Made by a program: the position numbers and the translations under genes. From an uncultured bacterium (GTDB lineage Bacteria; Chlamydiota; Chlamydiia; Chlamydiales; SM23-39): a stretch of DNA of 64,000 bases. Shown here piece after piece: positions 53,675 through 62,500 of the stretch. The stretch lies in NCBI GenBank assembly GCA_963716985.1, contig OY970323.1, forward strand, positions 1,393,942 through 1,457,941. The letters are read 5' to 3'. A model generated the notes under the pieces. That model was not told where the DNA came from. It did not search any database and saw nothing but the letters and a program-made list of their open reading frames with translations. Position 1 is the first letter of the stretch; each line of letters starts with the position of its first letter.

Positions 53675-55105
53675 TCATTCTAATAGCTGTCCGAAATCAA
53701 TCACTTTATCAAAATACCTTTTATCCAAAACACTCTCCTCCACCCCATTCACATGTATAAGCACAGGTCTGATAGAGCAGTTTCTGGGGATTTTCAAATT
53801 CTTTATTTTCTTTTCCATTTCCTCAATGATTTTATTGCCGACCGGATTCTTAGAGAACTTAATCTCACATACATATAGATTAAGGAAACGAGTTTGGATC
53901 ATATAGTCAATTTGGCATCCGGCTTGCTTGGTCGTATGATTCTGAAAAAATGGACCTTCCATTACTATCTCTTCTGGAGAGATCCCTAACATCTTCCAGA
54001 GAGTTTTTCTATTATGGACAACAAGATTCTCAAATTGTAATCCCATGATACCTTCCCACCCAGGAAGTTGAGTTATTAAAGTGGAAAAACTTTCTTTCTC
54101 GATTTTAGAATGATTAGGAGCTATATATTTCAAATAAAAACGCAAATAATTATCACTTAATCGATAACGGCTCAATTTTCCTTCTTTTCCACTTTTCAGA
54201 TCCCATGTAAAGTCCCTTTTTACAAAGCCTGCCTTTACCAATTCATCTAAATGTTTGCTGAATATCCCCCCCAAACTTTTCCCTAATTCATCGCAAATTT
54301 GAACAAGCTCTTTTGAACCATTGGCAAGACAGAGGACAATTTCTTTATGACTAGCTTTACTACGAGAAAAAAGATCAGAGAATATCTCATCGAACTCTCT
54401 CACAAGCAATCCTCCTTTAGTAAAACAAAGATCTTGGATATTTCGTTCAGCGGGAAGATTTGGTTTGATTTGTTCCAAGTAAAGCGGGATACCTCCTATT
54501 ACAGATAAAAGTTTGAATTTTTCATAAGGAGTAATACGTTTTTCTTTTGGATGCCAGAAAGCATTGCAGACCCCTAATGGAAGTTCTTCAAGCACAAGAT
54601 CAAGGGTAATTCTTCCCAGAAATCCTGTATTGCTTAGGATATTCTTTTCAATCCATGAAGATACTGATCCACAAAGCGCAATAATTAGGTACGGATTTTT
54701 GCTAAAATACATATCCCAAGCAGTTTTCAAGTGTCCTAAAAAATGAGGATCTTTTCCCCCCATCCATGAAATTTCATCGAATACGATAAGGATTCGACCT
54801 TTTTTAGTTTCCTTGGAGAGATACCAAAAGAGATCGCTCCAATCATCTGGCTTAACGCCACGAATACCAGCTTTTTCAAGCTGACGTGCAAAATCATTAC
54901 GCTGAGTTTGAGCTGTTGTCTTGCGAACCGGAGGATTTCCAGAAAAAAAGTAGCTTTTTATCTCTTTCCCAAATTCTACAAGAAGTCTGCTTTTTCCAAT
55001 ACGTCTTCTACCCCTGACAACAATAAGGCTGGCGCTTTTCTTGTCTAAAAGCCCCTCAAGCCTTTTCATTTCAGCTTCACGTCCTATAAACTGAGACGGT
55101 TTCAT
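53675..55105 (-). CDS. AAA ATPase of the Arch_ATPase / DUF234 type
   Basis: FIGREAEMKRLEGLL...LIVVRGRRRIGKSRLL (Walker A), ILIVFDEISWM (Walker B), and a C-terminal DUF234-like region (IDYMIQTRFLNLYVCEIKFSKNPV). Confidence 0.75.
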   Translation of the reverse strand: MKPSQFIGREAEMKRLEGLLDKKSASLIVVRGRRRIGKSRLLVEFGKEIKSYFFSGNPPVRKTTAQTQRNDFARQLEKAGIRGVKPDDWSDLFWYLSKETKKGRILIVFDEISWMGGKDPHFLGHLKTAWDMYFSKNPYLIIALCGSVSSWIEKNILSNTGFLGRITLDLVLEELPLGVCNAFWHPKEKRITPYEKFKLLSVIGGIPLYLEQIKPNLPAERNIQDLCFTKGGLLVREFDEIFSDLFSRSKASHKEIVLCLANGSKELVQICDELGKSLGGIFSKHLDELVKAGFVKRDFTWDLKSGKEGKLSRYRLSDNYLRFYLKYIAPNHSKIEKESFSTLITQLPGWEGIMGLQFENLVVHNRKTLWKMLGISPEEIVMEGPFFQNHTTKQAGCQIDYMIQTRFLNLYVCEIKFSKNPVGNKIIEEMEKKIKNLKIPRNCSIRPVLIHVNGVEESVLDKRYFDKVIDFGQLLE

Positions 55106-55152
55106 TTTTAACTCCTACATTCTATGGTATGAGCATACTCCTAACAGAAAGA

Positions 55153-55201
55153 AAAAATCAAGCAGCAAACCGTCAAGGTCTCTGTTTGCTGCTTGATTTT
55201 T
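55153..55201. terminator. Strong bidirectional hairpin (18-bp stem) between the SF1-helicase gene and the AAA ATPase gene
   Basis: AAAAATCAAGCAGCAAAC-13 nt-GTTTGCTGCTTGATTTTT. T-runs follow the stem on both strands. Confidence 0.55.
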
Positions 55202-55417
55202 ATGTCCAAAAAGGTAGCAGCAAACAGCAAAAATGGCGATTTGCGGATGGTTTTTTTGAATCAAAAATACATCTGGAAATGGTATTTTCTGCTGTTTGCT
55301 GATGTATTTCTATCATTCAAAAATGATCCGCAATGCAAAAAGTCTCTTTGCGGATGAATCTTTATAGCGAAAATTGAGAAAAATAGGCTCTTATAATCAA
55401 TAGCTTAACGACAACCC

Positions 55418-55497
55418 GTGAGTATCATCGAGTCGGAGGGGTCCGGTTTGGACCCCGTCCGCTCACAGAACCGCACGTACGGGTCCGTATACGGCTC
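55418..55497 (-). ncRNA. Group II intron 3' remnant (domain V plus domain VI-like helix)
   Basis: Minus strand GAGCCGUAUACGGACCCGUACGUGCGGUUC (55468-55497) aligns with the domain V consensus GAGCCGUAU...ACGUACGGUUC, including the AGC triad and a 2-nt bulge. A GUGAG...CUCAC helix with an A-rich asymmetric loop follows (55418-55466). No RT ORF and no 5' GUGYG were found. Confidence 0.5.
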
Positions 55498-55537
55498 TTC
55501 ATGTTAACTTCACACGTTTATCTATCCCAAACCATCG

Positions 55538-55721
55538 TACGCGTTCACGGGGGGGGGGGGGGGGGGTGAGGGGTCTATGGGAAATAATGAAATCGGAGGA
55601 CGCACGGCTGCGAAACAACGAGCTAAACAACAAAAAACTACCGGTTTTTCCCCGCTTTTTAGTGAACCAGATGCCTTTAATCTCACATTTCTCATAGACC
55701 CCCCATCCCCGTGAACGCGTA
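55538..55721. repeat. 184-bp inverted-repeat element containing a G18 homopolymer (copies B and C of the GTACGCGTTCACGGGG family)
   Basis: The left arm is GTACGCGTTCACGG, then a G run (55549-55566, 18 G), then TGAGGGGTCTATGGGAAA. The right arm 55692-55721, reverse-complemented, reads GTACGCGTTCACGGGGATGGGGGGTCTATG. Confidence 0.75.
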
Positions 55722-55772
55722 CCATGTTTTTACAATTCTTTTCTATCAAATGACGCTATGAAACCTGTCCAT

Positions 55773-57827
55773 TCATGGACGGGATGCAATGGCGTCATTT
55801 GACAAGGTAAAGAAATGCTCAAAAGGCATCTGTGCTATAAGTTCTCTTTCCGTCCTTGGAAAGGCTTGGAAAAAGAATGCGCTTGCTACGAATATAAATT
55901 TTTTCCGCGCCCGAGTGAGCGCCACATTAAATCGTCGATACTCCTTCAAAAAAGAACTATGGATCGTATCTTTATCAGAAACTGTAGCAGAGAAAATGAC
56001 AATATCGAATTCCAATCCTTGCATTCGCTCAACCGTATCAACCCTGGGCAGCGTTAATGAAAAAGGCAAAGCCTCTTTCAAAGCAGAGAGAATCGTATTA
56101 TTTTGCAATCGATGAGGAGAAATAATGCCAATTTGCTCATAGGAAACGGAGTAATCGTCAATCAGACGTTTCACGGCTTTCGCTATCCACTCAGCTTCCT
56201 CCGGAGAAGACTGCTGCGATCCCAAATGATCTAGCTGAACGACGACCATGGATTTAGATGGATCTAGATAGTCATCTAAAAGATCTCCAAATAACGGGTG
56301 GTGAGGTAGCTCAAATTTCTGATCTTTTTCAGCCACAACAGATTGTAGTTCGCCGTTGTACCACTGCTCACTTGCAAACTTACAAATATCCGCATTCATG
56401 CGATAGGTTTCATTCAAGCGCAAGTGGTTTTGAGCGCCGTATCGGGAAATCAATTCCTGTAATATGGAGCGAGGAGGAAGGAAGGTGTTCTCATAGTTTC
56501 CCTTCAACACGGGAGACAATTGCTGCGTATCTCCATAAAACAACGCTTTTCCCTTTCCAAAAATGAAACTTTGCAATGCGTAGGGGGTGAGGACTTGTGA
56601 CGATTCATCAAAAACAACCCAATCAAATAGTTGTGGAAAATTTTTATCCTCCAATAATTGATAAACCCCATACCCTGTAGCCCCAAGGATAAGACAAGAG
56701 CGGTCGTGAAGCGCTTCAGAACCATACATCTGGCCAATCCCCAAACTCGAGAATTGAGTCTCATCGAAGCGTCCATATTTCCATAAGGAAACACCGGAAA
56801 CGTTTGCCTCCGGAAGTGTTTTTGCGACTTTTCTGAGAATTTGATCGATCGCATGATGCGTCTGCGCCGTGACCAAAATCTTGATCGGGCGATTGAAAAA
56901 TTTTGCATGCGCTACTAGCGCAATAAGCGTCCATACGAGTAAGTGGGTCTTCCCGGTTCCCGGCGGTCCTTCAATGAATCCAATTTTTTCCCGAAAGGGC
57001 AGCGCTAAGGCTTGTTTTTGAAGGTGGTTCAATCCTGCAGCTAGAGCTCTTGATTGATACCACTGTTCTATCCAATGGGTTGCGTCGGATGCAAAACTTT
57101 TTGCATGCCCCAGAAGCATTTGAATCACTTCAGGGCAAAATTTTGGATCTTTTAATAGGTTTAAAACCCTGGCTATTTTCGGCGCATTCCAATCTGTTGC
57201 ATCCTCATCTAAGGCGTATAATTGATTTCTGCTAAAGCTCACCTTTTGAGATACAGGGCGCACAGAAAGAAGCCCCTGTTCCGGCGAATAGGTGTCGAGT
57301 ACTACAGAAAACCCGTCTTGAATTTGATCACTTCCAACCGGCGATAATTTTAAAAAATCTCCGACTCTAAATTTGGAAACTGTCGACTTTGCACCTATAG
57401 AAAATGAGAGGCCTTCTTTTTGCGCCGCGCCGCCAAGGAAACTGATAGGACCTATTGCTCGGAACTGTTTTACACGGTCCGGCAAGGGGTTTTTTTGAAA
57501 TGCGCAAATCTCGAAACCGCGGCACTCCGTTTCTCGGTGGTGCATCGCAAGATAAGCATGAATCAAAGGAACCGAGTGTGCTTTGTTGCCTTCAAACGAC
57601 ACCACACGCTGACTTTTCACGTTAGACAGACACCAGTTCCAAATGTGTCTACAAAGATCAAATGAAGCATCCGAAAAGGACTCCTTATGATACAAGCTGA
57701 GGGGTTGGATCGGGGAGGGGGAAAGACCCAAGCACGCCCCAACTTGCATCGCTGTGATACGTCCGTCAATGGGCCAAAGAAAATGGGTTTCCAACACAGT
57801 CTGGATAGCGGTCCAGGAAACATGCAT
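55773..57827 (-). CDS. C-terminal half of an IS-split giant gene: Upf1/Dna2-like SF1 helicase (AAA_11/AAA_12 type)
   Basis: GPPGTGKTH (Walker A), VVFDESSQV (motif II), YGDTQQLSPV, LNETYRMNADI, VERMQGLEFDIVIFS, and FNVALTRARKKF. The frame is continuous with 59520..62801 once the IS is removed. Confidence 0.85.
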   Translation of the reverse strand: MHVSWTAIQTVLETHFLWPIDGRITAMQVGACLGLSPSPIQPLSLYHKESFSDASFDLCRHIWNWCLSNVKSQRVVSFEGNKAHSVPLIHAYLAMHHRETECRGFEICAFQKNPLPDRVKQFRAIGPISFLGGAAQKEGLSFSIGAKSTVSKFRVGDFLKLSPVGSDQIQDGFSVVLDTYSPEQGLLSVRPVSQKVSFSRNQLYALDEDATDWNAPKIARVLNLLKDPKFCPEVIQMLLGHAKSFASDATHWIEQWYQSRALAAGLNHLQKQALALPFREKIGFIEGPPGTGKTHLLVWTLIALVAHAKFFNRPIKILVTAQTHHAIDQILRKVAKTLPEANVSGVSLWKYGRFDETQFSSLGIGQMYGSEALHDRSCLILGATGYGVYQLLEDKNFPQLFDWVVFDESSQVLTPYALQSFIFGKGKALFYGDTQQLSPVLKGNYENTFLPPRSILQELISRYGAQNHLRLNETYRMNADICKFASEQWYNGELQSVVAEKDQKFELPHHPLFGDLLDDYLDPSKSMVVVQLDHLGSQQSSPEEAEWIAKAVKRLIDDYSVSYEQIGIISPHRLQNNTILSALKEALPFSLTLPRVDTVERMQGLEFDIVIFSATVSDKDTIHSSFLKEYRRFNVALTRARKKFIFVASAFFFQAFPRTERELIAQMPFEHFFTLSNDAIASRP

Positions 57828-57842
57828 AGCCCATAATGATTT

Positions 57843-59519
57843 GGGTGCACCTGTTTTAGAACGACTCCATATTTCATAGATAAAAATAAGAAATTCAAAA
57901 AAATTTTAGTGTAATAAAAATTAGTTTTTTCGTAGCCTATCTGCATTAATCGAAAAATTAGGCAAAAAATGTCTACTCTTTTCCGAACCTCAGCACAGGT
58001 TTTTTTAGCATTGACTCAACACATGGGTTCACGAGAAACTATGAGCATGAGACATAGTTCAATAGAAAATATCATATCAACCGACATTCGAGAGCTTTCA
58101 CGCAACATTTTCGAAGAGCATATAGACTTACGTAATCTCGGAGAGGTAGGAGACAGTATCGTGGGTTCTGATGGGGTAGTGCGTACCCACAAAAGAATTC
58201 TCGAGAGAGTACTTGTGTGTCTGTTTGGCAATGTGACCATTAGAAGACTGGGATATGGAGCACGTGGACATAACAGTTTATTTCCTAAGGATGCCATCCT
58301 TAATCTCCCTATCGAGTCTTATTCTCATGGGATTAGAAAGCTTGTAGCTCAAGAAGCCGCGAGGGGTCCTTTTAATGAGGTCATGGAGGTAGTAAAACGG
58401 ATAACAGGTGTTGCTCTGCCCAAAAAAACGATAGAGCTGTTGACTCGTAAAGCAGCTGTGGATTTTGACACATTTTATGAGCAAAAACTAACCATGAAGC
58501 AACCTTCAGTCAAACAACTTCCCCTGCTTATTTTAACGACAGATGGCAAGGGTATTGTAATGCGCCATGAAGATTTGCGAGAAGCGACTCGAAAAAAAGC
58601 GGAACAAGGCAAGCACAAGTTGAATAAAAGAATGTCAAAGGGAGAAAAGGCCAACGCGAAAAGAATGGCAACAGTTGCATCTGTGTATAGCATAGATAGA
58701 TTTCTGCGTACTGCAGAACAAATCGTTATGGAGATGAAAGCTTCAGAAGTACCAATTGTTCGTCCTCGTCCTTCAGAGAAAAGAGTTTGGGCAAGTATTG
58801 AGCACACATCTGACAAAGTCACAGCCGATATCTTTGAAGAAGCATTGCATAGGGATCCTAAACAAGAGCAAGAATGGGTTTGTTTATTGGATGGAGATCC
58901 AAGGCAACTAAAAAGAATACGATCAACCGCGAAGAAAAAGGGAATAAAAATTACGATTGTAATGGATGTGATTCATGTCATTGAATATCTATGGAAAGCA
59001 GCACGTGTATTTCATGAGGAAACTAGCCCGGAAGTCGAGACATGGGTCTCGGAGCGTTTGCTGGCTGTTTTGCGGGGAAATCCTGGGCAAGTAGCTGCCG
59101 GAATACGGAGATCAGCAACATTGCGAAAAATTCCCGCGGCACAGAGAGCTCCGATAGAGAAATGTGCTGGGTACTTACTTAAAAACAAACCTTATTTACA
59201 GTATCACCGCTATCTTCAAAAAGGGTTTCCGATAGCTACAGGAATTATAGAAGGAGCTTGTCGCCATTTAATCAAAGATAGAATGGATATAACGGGAGCT
59301 CGTTGGAGTTTGCAAGGAGCGGAGGCAATAGTGAGATTGCGTTCGCTCAGATCTAGTGGAGATTTTGAGGACTACTGGAGATTTCATGAGGAACAAGAAT
59401 TTGTGCGTAATCATAAGTCACTCTATGCAGATCCGAGAATTCTTGATAAAGTACAATAAATTACTGGTGAAAATTTCTAGCTCTCTATGAAAAGTCGTCG
59501 TTCTAAAACAGGTGCACCC
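57843..59519 (+). mobile_element. ISKra4-like insertion sequence (1677 bp) with 23-bp perfect terminal inverted repeats and 9-bp target duplication
   Basis: IR GGGTGCACCTGTTTTAGAACGAC at 57843-57865 has its reverse complement at 59497-59519. The direct repeat TAATGATTT lies at 57834-57842 and 59520-59528. Confidence 0.9.
57969..59459 (+). CDS. ISKra4-family-like transposase
   Basis: A 496-aa ORF fills the IS. The C-terminal block GIIEGACRHLIKDRMDITGARWSLQGAEAIVRLRSLRSSGDFEDYW is characteristic of ISKra4-type transposases. The family assignment is from memory. Confidence 0.7.
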   Translation: MSTLFRTSAQVFLALTQHMGSRETMSMRHSSIENIISTDIRELSRNIFEEHIDLRNLGEVGDSIVGSDGVVRTHKRILERVLVCLFGNVTIRRLGYGARGHNSLFPKDAILNLPIESYSHGIRKLVAQEAARGPFNEVMEVVKRITGVALPKKTIELLTRKAAVDFDTFYEQKLTMKQPSVKQLPLLILTTDGKGIVMRHEDLREATRKKAEQGKHKLNKRMSKGEKANAKRMATVASVYSIDRFLRTAEQIVMEMKASEVPIVRPRPSEKRVWASIEHTSDKVTADIFEEALHRDPKQEQEWVCLLDGDPRQLKRIRSTAKKKGIKITIVMDVIHVIEYLWKAARVFHEETSPEVETWVSERLLAVLRGNPGQVAAGIRRSATLRKIPAAQRAPIEKCAGYLLKNKPYLQYHRYLQKGFPIATGIIEGACRHLIKDRMDITGARWSLQGAEAIVRLRSLRSSGDFEDYWRFHEEQEFVRNHKSLYADPRILDKVQ

Positions 59520-62500
59520 TAATGATTTCAATACCGTCGACTGAAAAGTTCTTTGAAAAAGATGCCAGTCTATTGATTCATAAACGAGAAAGTGTGGATT
59601 TTTTCCCCGGTTAACAGATTGAATCCACTCTTTTCGCAATTGGCTTGCCATTTCCCTTTGAAATGTCTCCTCATTTGAAAAATCTCGTGAACGAATACAA
59701 ACATCATTGATCGACACCCCATTTTCCCAGCACTGCCACCGGACGCTCTCGCGATCGTAGTGGATGAAGTACCACTGTTTGGAATTTTTTGGGAAATCAT
59801 TGGATTCGATATTCCGTGAAACAATCATCCGATTGTTCGGAGTTGTTGCGTTATTAAAAAGAGTCTCTTGGTAGCAGTAAGAAAAATAACAACACGATGT
59901 ACAGGAAAATTCCATAGAATAGTCTTGAACGGCTGAACTCCTCCCGGAATCTGTTTTCCACTGAGCCAATAACCGGGGCATCCAAGCTCTATAAGGAGCC
60001 AATATAAACGAGGCTTTTTCAAATAGCTTTTCGCGGTCCATAGGACGGTAAACAAGCCCACCCAGAGCGGAGACCCTTACCGGAAGCAAAAACGTTTCTC
60101 CATTCAAAAGGCGATCTAGCAGATAGGCGTAAAAGGCGATCCTCCATTTTTGTGCATAACTGATTGATTGAGAAAATTTGATATCCCAAACCTCTAAGCA
60201 AATATGAGATCCTTGATGTTGAATATAGATTAAATCCGGAGTTCCGCTTATCGAACCTTCGACCTTAAGTTTTGCCTGCGCCAGAAAAAGAGGCTTTTTG
60301 TCCAATACAACTGTTCGAATGGCCTCTTGCCATGTCAATTCTGCTGTTTCAAAACAGACGTTCGCTTGATTCTGCAAGGCCTCTATCACTTCCTTTTTGA
60401 AAGCGATCCCTTGTTGCCGTCGAGATTGGATTTCTTGATCAATCCCGGAGAAGCGAGGGTGAGGCTCTATTTGGTAGTCAAGTTGCTGCAATCGAGCCCA
60501 TCTTGGACACAGATTCTGAGTCACATAACCTTGAACCTGCGTCGCAGTCAATGAGAGAGGCAAAATCTGTCCATCCGAAGAAATTTCGGGAAAAGAAAGT
60601 ATGCCCCATGCATTTTTTTCATTTTCTAGAGACCAGGGTTCCCCTTTCAGATCGATGCGATGGGTCGCTATTTTTTTTTCCTCATCCACAAGGGGGGGAC
60701 AGGGAAGCCACTTAGATTCTGAAACGTACCTCTGAAAGTGTTTTAAAACTCTAGGGTCGTGGAGACGAGAGCCGATCTCTTTCCGTTGATGCTCTTCCGG
60801 CAGCCAATACAGCCAACTATTCCAAGAAAATCCCCCTTTCAGCAAAGGCAAATGAGAGGATATCCACTCCTGAAATTGCTCAACCGTATGAGGAATTTTT
60901 AGGAATGCAAAGGGAATCCATTCGTTACATTCAAGACCCATCTCATCGAAATTCATTGATAATCCCTCTATTTTAGAGGCAAACTGCTTTTCGATAAGGT
61001 GGTAGAGGATATAATTTGCGACTGATCCTAAAAATGTTTCATAGCGATACGTTCCATTTCCTAGTCGATGAACCCGAATACCATTTGGCTCTTCAAGAGA
61101 TCTAGCTATTTTCTCTCTCTCCTTCTCCAGGAGCTGCCCGGTGCGACTTAATAGACCTCGGGGTGTAAATTTGTCTAAAAGAATCGCACCCATTTTTTGC
61201 GCCACCTCAAAAGGAGTTGAAGGTCCAAATCCCATCCAAACCAATTCCTTGCTTGCGGGCTCATTCGACTCTTTAACCAAAACCTCAAGAGCGGCCCTCT
61301 TCTCTTCAATGCGAAGAACTCTTAACACCTTTCCCGTTAATCGAATGAGATCGCCTACCTTTAATTGCCTCACCACCGACAGGGGTAAAACAGCAATTTT
61401 TTCATATTCCAAAATCACATCATACTCTTCGTCAGTCGGTGGAAAATTGCTCCATATTTGCTTCCTTTTCAATGACGAAAAATAACGCCATCCTCCACCG
61501 CATATCCCGGGCTGCTTTGCCGGTTTGAGCCAATTGTTGGCAAGCATATGATGAAAAATGCAGGACAAATCCTGCGATTTTTCTTTGAAAAGCAGGTTTA
61601 ACGAATCGTTTGATAATGCTTTTTTCGCGTAGAGGCAAGATAAAATTTGCTGAAATAGCACGCTGTAATTCTCTGAGCTGCGGCATTTTTCTACCCGATG
61701 TTCTTTTGCGAGTTCAAAAAAAGCTAAAAAGCGAACGAGTTGCATCCCTGCGCTTTGTCCATAGCAAATTCCCCAGAAGTTCATGTATTGCTGGCGACGG
61801 TTGCCGCGCCCAATCCTTTGTAAAAACCCCATTGTAGAGGGGGGCGGTCCCATCAGCACTACGCCATCTACATCCCCGATATCAATCCCTAACTCTAGGG
61901 TGCTTGTTGCAATGCAAACTCCCATTTTTCCATCTCTAAACGAAGCCTCGATGAACTTTCTCTCTTGAGTAGAAAAATTAGAGTAATGTAAAAAAACTTT
62001 CTGAGAAAAAACACCTTCTTGATTCAGGATATTGTATAATTGCTCGCATTTTTTTCGACTATTCGCAAACACTAAAAGTTTTTTACAACCCGATCGGCGA
62101 TATAAGTCATCGAAAAGCAGCGTCAGCTCTCGCTCTTCATCTTCAATGTGCACCCAGCACGGTTGCAGCGTCCTGGCAACAGACTGCTTATAGTAAAAGG
62201 AGGTCTTGCTAAGATTAAAAAACCGCATGATATCTTCTGCATTGTCAATCGTAGCAGACAATGCAACGGTTTGTAGCGGTCCGATAGACTGCATTGCAAG
62301 CCGATGATGCAGATACGATAACTGACGCCCTCGGTCATCATGAAGAAACACGTGCACTTCATCGATAATCATCATATGCACATGCTTGAGAAAATATTTA
62401 TTATCCTGATTCGGGCTCCCCAGCATCACATCTAATGATTCGGGAGTCATGATGAGAAGATGAGGCTTTGCATCCAGAAGGTGTTTTCCATCGCCCGTTC

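Noticed and set aside
55418-55725. Treating the whole 308-nt stretch from GTACGCG (55725) to CUCAC (55418) on the minus strand as a complete ORF-less group II intron
   Set aside because: It is too short for domains I-IV. The 5' end is GUACG rather than GUGYG and belongs to a repeat that also occurs elsewhere in inverted orientation. Only the domain V/VI remnant is supportable.
55522-55749. 75-aa ORF with a poly-proline run
   Set aside because: The prolines are simply the complement of the G18 tract. The ORF spans the inverted-repeat element and has no start context or homology.
55100-55760. Possible CRISPR array suggested by recurring short motifs
   Set aside because: The repeats are inverted rather than direct, irregularly spaced and of unequal length. 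There is no repeat-spacer periodicity here or anywhere else in the window.
57617-57946. 109-aa ORF crossing the left IS boundary
   Set aside because: It is out of frame with the helicase, spans the IS terminal repeat and AT-rich IS leader, and has no motifs.
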